The position numbers were made by a program, and so were the translations under genes. The notes below the pieces were generated by a model. That model saw only the letters and a program-made list of their open reading frames with translations, did not search any database and was not told where the DNA came from. A DNA stretch of 64,000 nt. Origin: Squalus acanthias (taxonomy: Eukaryota). Below, in pieces: positions 39,797 to 54,900 of this stretch (positions within the stretch are counted from its first letter, which is position 1; each line of letters starts with the position of its first letter). The DNA lies in assembly GCA_030390025.1 (NCBI GenBank), contig CM059432.1, positions 90,150,001-90,214,000 of the forward strand. The letters are read 5' to 3'.

Positions 39797-42700
39797 TGAT
39801 TTTATAGAACGCACAGCGCTCACACTACTGATTTCAGACAATGCACAGCACACACTCTACTGATTTCAGAGAATGCACAGCACCCAATCTACTGATTTCA
39901 GACAATGCACAGCACTTACACTACTGATTTCAGAGAATGAACAGCGCTCACACTACTGATTTCAGTCAATGCACAGTGCTCACACTACTGATTTCATGGA
40001 GTGCGCAGCGCTCACACTACTGTTTTCAGGGAATGCACAGCACACACTCTGCTGATTTCAGAGAATGCACAGCACCCACTCTACTGATTTCACAGAATGC
40101 ACAGTGCTCACACTACTGATTTCAGAGAATTCACAGTGATCACACTACTGATTTCAGAGAATGCACAGCACACACTACTAATTTCAGGGAATCCACACCG
40201 CTGACACTACTGATTTCAGAGAATGCACAGCGCTCACACAACTGATTTCAGGGAATCCAAAGCATTCACACCACAGATTTCAGACAATGCACAGCGCTCA
40301 CACTACTGATTCCAGACCATGCACAGTACTCACACTAATGGTTTCAGACAATGCACAGCATTCACACTACTGATTTCAGACAATGCACAGCACACACTCT
40401 ACTGATTTCAGGGAATGCACAGCACACACTCTACTGATTTCAGGGAATGCACAGCACCCAATCTACTGATTTCAGAAAATGTTCAGCACTCACACTACTT
40501 ATTTCAGAGAATACACAGTGCTCACATGATTGATTTCAGGGAATGTACAGTGCTCACTACTGAAATCACACAATGCACAGCACTCACTCTACTGATTTTA
40601 TAGGACACACAGTGCTCACACTACTGATTTCAGGGAATCAACAGCGTTCACACTACTGATTACAGAGAATGCACAGCGCTCACACTAATGTTTTCAGACA
40701 ATGCACAGCAATCACACTACTGATTTCACAAAATGCTCAGCGCTCACACTAATGATTTCAGACAATGCACCGTACTCACTACTGATATCAGAGAATGCAC
40801 AGCACCCACACTACTGATTTCAGGGAATCAACAGCATTCACACTACTGATTTCAGACAATGCACAGCGCTCAGACTAATGATTTCAGAAAATGTCCAGCA
40901 CTCACACTACTGATTTCAGAGAATACACAGCACTCACACTACTGATTTCAGACAATGCACAGCGCTCACACTACTGCATTCACGGAGTGCTCAGCGCTCA
41001 CACTACTGATTTCAGGGAATGCACAGCACTTTAAGTACTGATTTTATAGAACGCACAGTGCTCACACTACTGATTTCAGACAATGCACAGCACACACTCT
41101 ACTGATTTCAGAAAATGCACAGCACCCAATCTACTGATTTCAGACAATGCACAGCGCTTACACTACTGATTTCAGACAATGCACAGCGCTTACACTACTG
41201 ATTTCAGAGAATGCACAGCGCTCACACTACTGATTTCAGAGAATGCACAGCGCTCACACTACTGATTTCAGAAAATGCACAGTGCTCACACAACTGATTT
41301 CAGAGAATTCACAGTGATCACACTACTGATTTCAGAGAATGCACAGCACCCACACTACTGATTTCAGGGAATCCAAAGCATTCACACCACTGATTTCAGA
41401 CAATGCACAGCGCTCACACTAATGGTTTCAGACAATGCACAGCACTCACACTACTGATTTTATAGAACGCACAGTGCTCGCACTACTGATTTCCGAGAAT
41501 GCACAGCGCTCACACTACTCATTTCACTGAATGCACAGTGCTCACACTACTGATTTCAGGGAATCAACAGCGTTCACACTACTGATTACAGAGAATGCAC
41601 AGCGCTCACACTAATGTTTTCAGACAATGCACAGCAATCACACGACTGATTTCAGAAAATGCTCAGCGCTCACACTAATGATTTCAGACGATGCACCGCA
41701 CTCACTACTGATATCAGAGAATGCACAGCACCCACACTACTGATTTCAGGGTATCAACAGCATTCACACTACTGATTTCAGACAATGCACAGCGCTCAGA
41801 CTAATGATTTCAGAAAATGTTCAGCACTCACACTACTGATTTCAGAGAATACACAGCACTCACACTACTGATTTCAGACAATGCACAGCGCTCACACTAC
41901 TGCATTCACGGAGTGCTCAGAACTCACACCACTGATTTCAGGGAATGCAAAGCACTCACACTACTGATTTTATAGAACGCACAGCGCTCACACTACTGAT
42001 TTCAGACAATGCACAGCACCCAATCTACTGATTTCAGACAATGCACAGCACTTACACTACTGATTTCAGAGAATGCACAGCGCTCACACTACTGTTTTCA
42101 GACAATGCACAGTGCTCACACTATGATTTCATGGAGTGCGCAGCGCTCACACTACTGTTTTCAGGGAATGCACAGCACACACTCTGCTGATTTCAGAGAA
42201 TGCACAGCACCCACTCTACTGATTTCAGACAATGCACAGTGCACACTACTGATTTCAGAGAATGCACAGCGCTCACACTACTGATTTCAGACAATGCTCA
42301 GTGCTCACACAACTGATTTCAGAGAATTCACAGTGATCACACTACTGATTTCAGAGAATGCACAGCACACACTACTGATTTCAGGGTATCCACACCGCTG
42401 ACACTACTGATTTCAGAGAATGCACAGCGCTCACACAACTGATTTCAGGGAATCCAAAGCATTCACACCATAGATTTCAGAGTCTGCTCAGTGCTCACAC
42501 TAATGATTTCAGAGCATGCACAGTGCTCACTACTGAAATCAGACAATGCACAGCTTTCACACTACTGATTTCAGAAAATGTTCAGCGCTCACACTACTGA
42601 TTTCAGAGAATACACAGTGCTCACACGATTGATTTCAGGGAATGCACAGTGCTCACTACTGAAATCACACAATGCACAGCACTCACACTACTGATTTTAT

Positions 42701-45700
42701 AGAACGCACAGCGCTCGCACTACTGATTTCCGAGAATGCACAGCGCTCACACTACTCATTTCACTGAATGCACAGTGCTCACACTACTGATTTCAGCGAA
42801 TCAACAGCATTCACACTACTGTTTACAGACAATGCACAGCGCTCAGACTAATGATTTCAGAAAATGTTCAGCGCTCACACTACTGATTTCAGAGAATTCA
42901 CAGTGATCACACTACTGATTTCAGAGAATTCACAGTGCTCACACTACTGATTTCAGAGTCTGCTCAGTGCTCACTACTGAAATCAGACAATCCACAGCTT
43001 TCACACTACTGATTTCAGAATGTTCAGCGCTCACACTACTGATTTCAGAGAATACACAGTGCTCACACGATTGATTTCAGAAAATGCACAGTGCTCACAC
43101 TACTGATTTCACTGAATGCACAGTGCTCACAGTACTGATTTCAGACAACGCCCAGCCCTCACACTACTGATTTCGGATAATGCACAGCGCTCACACTAAT
43201 GATTTCAGACAATGCACCGCACTCACTACTGATACCAGAGAATGCACAGCACCCACACGACTGATTTCAGGGAATCAACAGCATTCACACTACTGATTTC
43301 AGACAATGAACCGTGCTCAGACTAATGATTTCAGACACTGCACAGCAATCACCCTACTGATTTCAGACAATGCACAGCGCTCAGACTATTGATTTCAGAA
43401 AATGTTCAGCACTCACACTACTGATTTCAGAGAATACACAGCACTCACACTACTGATTTCAGACAATGCACAGCGCTCACACTACTGCATTCACGGAGTG
43501 CTCAGCGCTCACACTACTGATTTCAGGGAATGCACAGCACTCACACTATTGATTTTATAGAATGCACAGCGCTCACACTACTGATTTCAGACAATGCACA
43601 GCACCCAATCTACTGATTTCAGAGAATGCACAGCACCCACTACTGATTTCAGGGTATCCACACCGCTCACACTACTGATTTCAGAGAATTCACAGCGCTC
43701 ACACAACTGATTTCAGAGAATGCACAGCACCCACACTACTGATTTCAAGGAATCCAAAGCATTCACACCACTGATTTCAGACAATGCACAGCGCTCACAC
43801 TAATGGTTTCAGACAATGTACAGCACTCACACTACTGATTTCAGAAAATGCACAGTGCACACACTAATCATTTCAGTAAACGCACAGCGCTCACACTACT
43901 GATTTCAGACAATGCACAGCACACACTCTACTGATTTCAGAGAATGCACAGCACCCAATCTACTGATTTCAGACAATGCACAGCACTTACACTACTGATT
44001 TCAGAGAATGCACAGCGCTCACACTACTGATTTCAGACAATGCACAGTGCTCACACTACTGATTTCATGGAGTGCGCAGCGCTCACACTACTGTTTTCAG
44101 GGAATGCACAGCACACACTCTGCTGATTTCAGAGAATGCACAGCACCCACTCTACTGATTTCAGACAATGCACAGCGCACACTACTGATTTCAGAGAATG
44201 CACAGCGCTCACACTACTGATTTCAGACAATGCTCAGTGCTCACACAACTGATTTCAGGGAATTCACAGTGATCACACTACTGATTTCAGAGAATGCACA
44301 GCACACACTACTGATTTCAGGGTATCCACACCGCTGACACTACTGATTTCAGAGAATGCACAGCGCTCACACACTGATTTCAGAGTCTGCTCAGCGCTCA
44401 CACTAATGATTTCAGAGCATGCTCAGTGCTCACTACTGAAATCAGACAATGCACAGCTTTCACACTACTGATTTCAGAAAATGTTCAGCGCTCACACTAC
44501 TGATTTCAGAGAATACACAGTGCTCACACGATTGATTTCAGGGAATGCACAGTGCTCACTACTGAAATCACACAATGTACAGCACTCACACTACTGATTT
44601 TATAGAACGCACAGCGCTCGCACTACTGATTTCCGAGAATGCACAGCGCTCACACTACTCATTTCACTGAATGCACAGTGCTCACACTACTGATTTCAGC
44701 GAATCAACAGCATTCACACTACTGATTACAGAGAATGCATAGCGCTCACACTAATGTTTTCAGACAATGCACCGCACTCACTACTGATATCAGAGAATGC
44801 ACAGCACCCACACTACTGATTTCAGGGAATCAACAGCATTCACACTACTGATTTCAGACAATGCACAGCGCTCAGACTAATGTATTCAGAAAATGTTCAG
44901 CGCTCACACTACTGATTTCAGAGAATTCACAGTGATCACACTACTGATTTCAGAGAATTCACATAGCTCACACTACTGATTTCAGAGATAGCACAGCGCT
45001 CACACTACTGCATTCACGGAGTGCTCAGCGCTCACACTACTGATTTCAGGGAATGCACAGCACGTACACTACTGATTTTATAGAACGCACAGCGCTCACA
45101 CTACTGATTTCAGACAATGCACAGCACACACTCTACTGATTTCAGAAAATGCACAGCACCCAATCTACTGATTTCAGACAATGCACAGCGCTTACACTAC
45201 TGATTTCAGAGAATGCACAGTGCTCACACAACTGATTTCAGTGAATTCAGTGATCACACTACTGATTTCAGTGAATTCACAGCACCCACACTACTGATTT
45301 CAGGGAATCCAAAGCATTCACACCACTGATTTCAGACAATGCACAGCGCTCACACTAATGATTTTATAGAACGCACAGCGCTCGCACTACTGATTTCCGA
45401 GAATGCACAGCGCTCACACTACTCATTTCACTGAATGCACAGTGCTCACACTACTGATTTCAGGGATTCAACAGCGTTCACGCTACTGATTTCAGAAAAT
45501 GCTCAGCGCTCACACTAATGATTTCAGACAATGCACCGCACTCACTACTGATATCAGAGAATGCACAGCACCCACACTACTGATTTCAGGGAATCAACAG
45601 CATTCACACTACTGATTTCAGACAATGCACAGCGCTCAGACTAATGATTTCAGAAAATGTTCAGCACTCACACTACTGATTTCAGAGAATACACAGCACT

Positions 45701-45817
45701 CACACTACTGATTTCAGACAATGCACAGCGCTCACACTACTGCATTCACGGAGTGCTCAGCGCTCACACTACTGATTTCAGGGAATGCAAAGCACTCACA
45801 CTACTGATTTTATAGAA

Positions 45818-45953
45818 AATGGGAAGTCGCACAACACCAGGTTATAGTCCAACAGATTTATTTAAAATTACAAGTATTAGTTGGACTATAACCTGGTGTT
45901 GTGCGACTTCTCATTTTTGTCCACCCCAGTCCAACGCCGGCATCTCCACATCA
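45818..45953. mobile_element. 136-bp fold-back insertion in the satellite, copy 2
   Basis: Same length, same TSD (45805-45817, 45954-45966) and same flanking monomer variants as copy 1. It differs from copy 1 at two positions, and the offset is 6157 bp. Confidence 0.85.
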
Positions 45954-48900
45954 TGATTTTATAGAACGCACAGCGCTCACACTACTGATTTCAGACAATG
46001 CACAGCACACACTCTACTGATTTCAGAGAATGCACAGCACCCAATCTACTGATTTCAGACAATGCACAGCACTTACACTACTGATTTCAGAGAATGAACA
46101 GCGCTCACACTACTGATTTCAGTCAATGCACAGTGCTCACACTACTGATTTCATGGAGTGCGCAGCGCTCACACTACTGTTTTCAGGGAATGCACAGCAC
46201 ACACTCTGCTGATTTCAGAGAATGCACAGCACCCACTCTACTGATTTCACAGAATGCACAGTGCTCACACAACTGATTTCAGAGAATTCACAGTGATCAC
46301 ACTACTGATTTCAGAGAATGCACAGCACACACTACTAATTTCAGGGAATCCACACCGCTGACACTACTGATTTCAGAGAATGCACAGCGCTCACACAACT
46401 GATTTCAGGGAATCCAAAGCATTCACACCACAGATTTCAGACAATGCACAGCGCTCACACTACTGATTCCAGACCATGCACAGTACTCACACTAATGGTT
46501 TCAGACAATGCACAGCATTCACACTACTGATTTCAGACAATGCACAGCACACACTCTACTGATTTCAGGGAATGCACAGCACCCAATCTACTGATTTCAG
46601 AAAATGTTCAGCACTCACACTACTTATTTCAGAGAATACACAGTGCTCACATGATTTATTTCAGGGAATGTACAGTGCTCACTACTGAAATCACACAATG
46701 CACAGCACTCACTCTACTGATTTTATAGAACGCACAGTGCTCACACTACTGATTTCAGGGAATCAACAGTGTTCACACTACTGATTACAGAGAATGCACA
46801 GCGCTCACACTAATGTTTTCAGACAATGCACAGCAATCACACTACTGATTTCACAAAATGCTCAGCGCTCACACTAATGATTTCAGACAATGCACCGTAC
46901 TCACTACTGATATCAGAGAATGCACAGCACCCACACTACTGATTTCAGGGAATCAACAGAATTCACACTACTGATTTCAGACAATGCACAGCGCTCAGAC
47001 TAATGATTTCAGAAAATGTCCAGCACTCACACTACTGATTTCAGAGAATACACAGCACTCACACTACTGATTTCAGACAATGCACAGCGCTCACACTACT
47101 GCATTCACGGAGTGCTCAGCGCTCACACTACTGATTTCAGGGAATGCACAGCACTTTAAGTACTGATTTTATAGAACGCACAGCGCTCACACTACTGATT
47201 TCAGACAATGCACAGCACACACTCTACTGATTTCAGAAAATGCACAGCACCCAATCGACTGATTTCAGACAATGCACAGCGCTTACACTACTGATTTCAG
47301 ACAATGCACAGCGCTTACACTACTGATTTCAGAGAATGCACAGCGCTCACACTACTGATTTCAGAGAATGCACAGCGCTCACACTATTGATTTCAGAAAA
47401 TGCACAGTGCTCACACAACTGATTTCAGAGAATTCACAGTGATCACACTACTGATTTCAGAGAATGCACAGCACCCACACTACTGATTTCAGGGAATCCA
47501 AAGCATTCACACCACTGATTTCAGACAATGCACAGCGCTCACACTAATGGTTTCAGACAATGCACAGCACTCACACTACTGATTTTATAGAACGCACAGC
47601 GCTCGCACTACTGATTTCCGAGAATGCACAGCGCTCACACTACTCATTTCACTGAATGCACAGTGCTCACACTACTGATTTCAGGGAATCAACAGCGTTC
47701 ACACTACTGATTACAGAGAATGCACAGCGCTCACACTAATGTTTTCAGACAATGCACAGCAATCACACGACTGATTTCAGAAAATGCTCAGCGCTCACAC
47801 TAATGATTTCAGACGATGCACCGCACTCACTACTGATATCAGAGAATGCACAGCACCCACACTACTGATTTCAGGGAATCAACAGCATTCACACTACTGA
47901 TTTCAGACAATGCACAGCGCTCACACTACTGCATTCACGGAGTGCTCAGAACTCACACTACTGATTTCAGGGAATGCAAAGCACTCACACTACTGATTTT
48001 ATAGAACGCACAGCGCTCACACTACTGATTTCAGACAATGCACAGCACACACTCTACTGATTTCAGAGAATGCACAGCACCCAATCTACTGATTTCAGAC
48101 AATGCACAGCACTTACACTACTGATTTCAGAGAATGCACAGCGCTCACACTACTGTTTTCAGACAATGCACAGTGCTCACACTACTGATTTCATGGAGTG
48201 CACAGCGCTCACACTACTGTTTTCAGGGAATGCACAGCACACACTCTGCTGATTTCAGAGAATGCACAGCACCCACTCTACTGATTTCAGACAATGCACA
48301 GCGCTCACACTACTGATTTCAGACAATGCTCAGTGCTCACACAACTGATTTCAGAGAATTCACAGTGATCACACTACTGATTTCAGAGAATGCACAGCAC
48401 ACACTACTGATTTCAGGGTATCCACACCGCTGACACTACTGATTTCAGAGAATGCACAGCGCTCACACAACTGATTTCAGGGAATCCAAAGCATTCACAC
48501 CATAGATTTCTGAGTCTGCTCAGTGCTCACACTAATGATTTCAGAGCATGCACAGTGCTCACTACTGAAATCAGACAATGCACAGCTTTCACACTACTGA
48601 TTTCAGAAAATGTTCAGCGCTCACACTACTGATTTCAGAGAATACACAGTGCTCACACGATTGATTTCAGGGAATGCACAGTGCTCACTACTGAAATCAC
48701 ACAATGCACAGCACTCACACTACTGATTTTATAGAACGCACAGCGCTCGCACTACTGATTTCCGAGAATGCACAGCGCTCACACTACTCATTTCACTGAA
48801 TGCACAGTGCTCACACTACTGATTTCAGCGAATCAACAGCATTCACACTACTGATTACAGACAATGCACAGCGCTCAGACTAATGATTTCAGAAAATGTT

Positions 48901-51900
48901 CAGCGCTCACACTACTGATTTCAGAGAATTCACAGTGATCACACTACTGATTTCAGAGAATTCACAGTGCTCACACTACTGATTTCAGAGTCTGCTCAGT
49001 GCTCACTACTGAAATCAGACAATCCACAGCTTTCACACTACTGATTTCAGAATGTTCAGCGCTCACACTACTGATTTCAGAGAATACACAGTGCTCACAC
49101 GATTGATTTCAGAAAATGCACAGTGCTCACACTACTGATTTCACTGAATGCACAGTGCTCACAGTACTGATTTCAGACAACGCCCAGCCCTCACACTACT
49201 GATTTCGGATAATGCACAGCGCTCACACTAATGATTTCAGACAATGCACCGCACTCACTACTGATACCAGAGAATGCACAGCACCCACACGACTGATTTC
49301 AGGGAATCAACAGCATTCACACTACTGATTTCAGACAATGAACCACGCTCAGACTAATGATTTCAGACACTGCACAGCAATCACACTACTGATTTCAGAC
49401 AATGCACAGCGCTCAGACTATTGATTTCAGAAAATGTTCAGCACTCACACTACTGATTTCAGAGAATACACAGCACTCACACTACTGATTTCAGACAATG
49501 CACAGCGCTCACACTACTGCATTCACGGAGTGCTCAGCGCTCACACTACTGATTTCAGGGAATGCACAGCACTCACACTATTGATTTTATAGAATGCACA
49601 GCGCTCACACTACTGATTTCAGACAATGCACAGCACCCAATCTACTGATTTCAGAGAATGCACAGCACCCACTACTGATTTCAGGGTATCCACACCGCTC
49701 ACACTACTGATTTCAGAGAATTCACAGCGCTCACACAACTGATTTCAGAGAATGCACAGCACCCACACTACTGATTTCAAGGAATCCAAAGCATTCACAC
49801 CACTGATTTCAGACAATGCACAGCGCTCACACTATTGGTTTCAGACAATGCACAGCACTCACACTACTGATTTCAGAAAATGCACAGTGCACACACTAAT
49901 CATTTCAGTAAATGCACAGCGCTCACACTAATGATTTCAAAGCATGCACAGTGCTCACTACTGAAATCAGACAATGCATAGCGCTCACCGTACTGATTTC
50001 AGAGAATGCACAGTGCTCAAAATACTGATTTCAGAGAATGCACAGAGCTCACACTACTGATTTCAGAGAATGCACAGTGCTCAAAATACTTATTTCAGAG
50101 AATGCTCAGCGCTCACACTACTGTTTTCAGACAAAGTACAGTGCTCACACTACTGATTTCAGAGAATGCACAGCGCTCACACTACTGACATCAAAGAATG
50201 CACAGCACTCACACTACTGATTTCAAAGAATGCACAGCATACACTATTGATTTCAGACAATGCACAGCGCACACACTACTCATTTCAGGGAATGCACAGT
50301 GCTCACACTACTGATTTCAGACAATGAACAGCGCACACACTACTCATTTCAGAGCTTGCTCAGCGCTCACACTACTGATTTCAGAGCATGCACAGTGCTC
50401 ACTAGTGAAATCACGCAATGCACAGCATTCACACTACTGATTTCAGAGAATGCTCAGCATTCACACTACTGTTTTCAGGGAACGAACAGCGCTCACACTA
50501 TTGATTTCAGAGAATGCACCGCGCTCACACTTCTGATTTCAGAGAATGCTCAGCATTCACACTACTGTTTTGAGACAATGCACAGTGCTCACACTACTGA
50601 TTTCAGAGAATGCACAGCGCTCACACCACTGATTTCAGTGATTGCACAGTTCTCACACGACTGATTTCAGAGAATGCACAGCGCTCACATTACTGATTTC
50701 AGAGACTGCACAGCGCTCACACTAGTGATTTCAGAGAATGCACAGCACTCATACTACTGATTTCAGAGAATGCACAGCACACACTACTGATTTCAGACAA
50801 CGCACAGCCCTCACACTACTCATTTCAGAGAATGCACAGCGCTCACACTAATGATTTCAGACAATGCACAGCAATCACACTACTGATTTCAGGGAATCCA
50901 AAGCATTCACACTAATGATTTCAGACAATTTACAGTGCTCACACTAATGATTTCAGACAATGCACAGCGCTCACACTACTGCATTCACGGAGTGCTCAGC
51001 GCTCACACTACTGATTTCAGGGAATGCACAGCACTCACACTATTGATTTTATAGAATGCACAGCGCTCACACTACTGATTTCAGACAATGCACCGCACCC
51101 AATCTACTGATTTCAGAGAATGCACAGCACCCACTACTGATTTCAGGGTATCCACACCGCTCACACTACTGATTTCAGAGAATTCACAGCGCTCACACAA
51201 CTGATTTCAGAGAATGCACAGCACCCACACTACTGATTTCAAGGAATCCAAAGCATTCACACCACTGATTTCAGACAATGCACAGCGCTCACACTAATGG
51301 TTTCAGACAATGCACAGCACTCACACTACTGATTTCAGAAAATGCACAGTGCACACACTAATCATTTCAGTAAATGCACAGCACTCACACTAATGATTTC
51401 AAAGCATGCACAGTGCTCACTACTGAAATCAGACAATGCATAGCGCTCACCGTACTGATTTCAGAGAATGCACAGTGCTCAAAATACTGATTTCAGAGAA
51501 TGCACAGAGCTCACACTACTGATTTCAGAGAATGCACAGTGCTCAAAATACTTATTTCAGAGAATGCTCAGCGCTCACACTACTGTTTTCAGACAAAGTA
51601 CAGTGCTCACACTACTGATTTCAGAGAATGCACAGCGCTCACACTACTGACATCAAAGAATGCACAGCACTCACACTACTGATTTCAAAGAATGCACAGC
51701 ATACACTATTGATTTCAGACAATGCACAGCGCACACACTACTCATTTCAGGGAATGCACAGTGCTCACACTACTGATTTCAGACAATGAACAGCACCCAC
51801 ACTACTGATTTCAAGGAATCCAAAGCATTCACACCACTGATTTCAGACAATGCACAGCGCTCACACTAATGGTTTCAGACAATGCACAGCACTCACACTA

Positions 51901-54900
51901 CTGATTTCAGAAAATGCACAGTGCACACACTAATCATTTCAGTAAATGCACAGCACTCACACTAATGATTTCAAAGCATGCACAGTGCTCACTACTGAAA
52001 TCAGACAATGCATAGCGCTCACCGTACTGATTTCAGAGAATGCACAGTGCTCAAAATACTGATTTCAGAGAATGCACAGAGCTCACACTACTGATTTCAG
52101 AGAATGCACAGTGCTCAAAATACTTATTTCAGAGAATGCTCAGCGCTCACACTACTGTTTTCAGACAAAGTACAGTGCTCACACTACTGATTTCAGAGAA
52201 TGCACAGCGCTCACACTACTGACATCAAAGAATGCACAGCACTCACACTACTGATTTCAAAGAATGCGCAGCATACACTATTGATTTCAGACAATGCACA
52301 GCGCACACACTACTCATTTCAGGGAATGCACAGTGCTCACACTACTGATTTCAGACAATGAACAGCGCACACACTACTCATTTCAGAGCTTGCTCAGCGC
52401 TCACTCTACTGATTTCAGAGCATGCACAGTGCTCACTAGTGAAATCATGCAATGCACAGCATTCACACTACTGATTTCAGAGAATGCTCAGCATTCACAC
52501 TACTGTTTTCAGGGAACGCACAGCGCTCACACTATTGATTTCAGAGAATGCACCGCGCTCACACTTCTGATTTCAGAGAATGCTCAGCATTCACACTACT
52601 GTTTTGAGACAATGCACAGTGCTCACACTACTGATTTCAGAGAATGCACAGCGCTCACACTACTGATTTCAGTGATTGCACAGTTCTCACACGACTGATT
52701 TCAGAGAATGCACAGCGCTCGCATTACTGATTTCAGAGACTGCACAGCGCTCACACTATTGATTTCAGGGAATCCACAGCATTCACTAGTGATTTCAGAG
52801 AATGCACAGCACTCATACTACTGATTTCAGAGAATGCACAGCACACACTACTGATTTCAGGCAATGCACAGCCCTCACACTACTCATTTCAGAGAATGCA
52901 CCGCGTTCACACTAATGATTTCAGACAATGCACAGCAATCACACTACTGATTTCAGGGAATCCAAAGCATTCACACTACTGATTTCAGACAATTTACAGT
53001 GCTCACACTAATGATTTCAGAAAATGCACAGCGCTCAGGCGCATTATATCAAACAATGCACAGCGCTCACACTACTAATTTTAGTGAATTCACAGCGCTC
53101 ACAATACTGATTACAGAAAATGTTCAGCGCTCACACTACTGATTTCAGAGAATAAAAAGTGCTCACACGGTTGATTTCAGACAATGCACAGTGCTCACAC
53201 TACTGATTTTAGGCTATGCACAGCACTCACACTACTGATTTTATAGAATGCACAGCACTCACACTACTGATTTCCGAGAATGCACAGCGCTCACACTACT
53301 GATTTCACTGATTGCACCGTGCTAACAATACTGATTTCAGACAATGCACAGCCCTCACACTACTGATTTCAGAGTATGCACAGTGCTCACACTACTGATT
53401 TCATAGAATGCACAGCAGACACTACTGATTTCAGAGAATGCACAACGCTCACACTACTGATTTCAGGGAATGCACAGCACACACTACTGATTTCAGAGAA
53501 TGCACAGTGCCCACACGACTGATTTCAGACAATGCACAGCCCTGACACTGCTGATTTCAGAGAATGCACAGCGTTCACACTAATGTTTTCAGACAATGCA
53601 CAGCAATCAGACTACTGATTTTAGGGAGTCCACAGCATTCACACTGCTGATTTCAGAAAATGCTCAGCGCTCACACTAATGATTTCAGACAATGCACAGC
53701 ACACACTACTGATATCAGAGAATGCACAGCACCCACAATGCTGATTTCAGGGAATCCAAAGCATTCACCCTACAGATTTCAGACAATGCACAGCGCTCAC
53801 AATACTGATTTCAGAAAATGTTCATCGCTCACACTACTGATTTCAGAGAATACACAGCACTCACACTACTGATTTCAGACCATGCACAGCGCTCGCACTA
53901 CTGATTTCACGGAGTGCTCAGCTCTCACACTCCTGATTTCAGACAATGCACAGCACACACTCTACTGATTTCATACAATGCACAGCACTCACACTACTGA
54001 TTTCAGAGAATGCACAGCGCTCACACTACTGATTTCAGACAATGCACAGTGCTCACAGAACTGATTTCAGAGAATGCACAGCACCCACACTACTGATTTC
54101 AGACCATGCGCAGCGCTCACGCTAATGATTTCAGAGCATGCACAGTGCTCACTACTGAAATCAGACAATGCACAGCTTTCACACTACTGTTTTCAGACAA
54201 TGCACAGCGCTCACAATACTGATTTCAGAGAATGCACAGATCTCACACTACTGATTTCAGAGAATGCACTGTGCTCAAAATCCTGATTTCAGAGAATGCA
54301 CAGAGCTCACACTACTGATTTCAGTCAAAGTACAATGCTCACACTACTGATTTCAGAGACTGCACAGTGCTCACACTACTGATTTCAGGGAAACCATAGC
54401 ATTCACTACTGATTTCAGAGAATACACATCGCTCACACTGCTGATTTCAGAGAATGCACAGCCCTCACACTACTGATATCAGAGAATGCACAGCACACAT
54501 TATTGATTTCAGACAATGCACAGCGCACACACTACTCATTTCAGAGAATCCACAGCACTCACACTACTGATTTCAGACAATACACAGTGCTCACACTACT
54601 CATTTCAGAGACTGCTCAGCGCTCACACTACTGATTTCAGAGCATGCACAGTGCTCACTACTGAAATCACACAATGCACAGCATTCACACTACTGATTTC
54701 AGGGAATGCACAGTGCTCACACTATTGATTTCAGAGAATGCACTGCGCTCACACTACTGATTTCCGAGAATGATCAGCATTCACACTACTGATTTCAGAG
54801 ATTGCACAGTTCTCACACGACTGATTTCAGAGAATGCAGAGCACTCACACTACTGATTTCAGACAAAGCACAGTGCTCACACTAGTGATTTCAGACAAAG

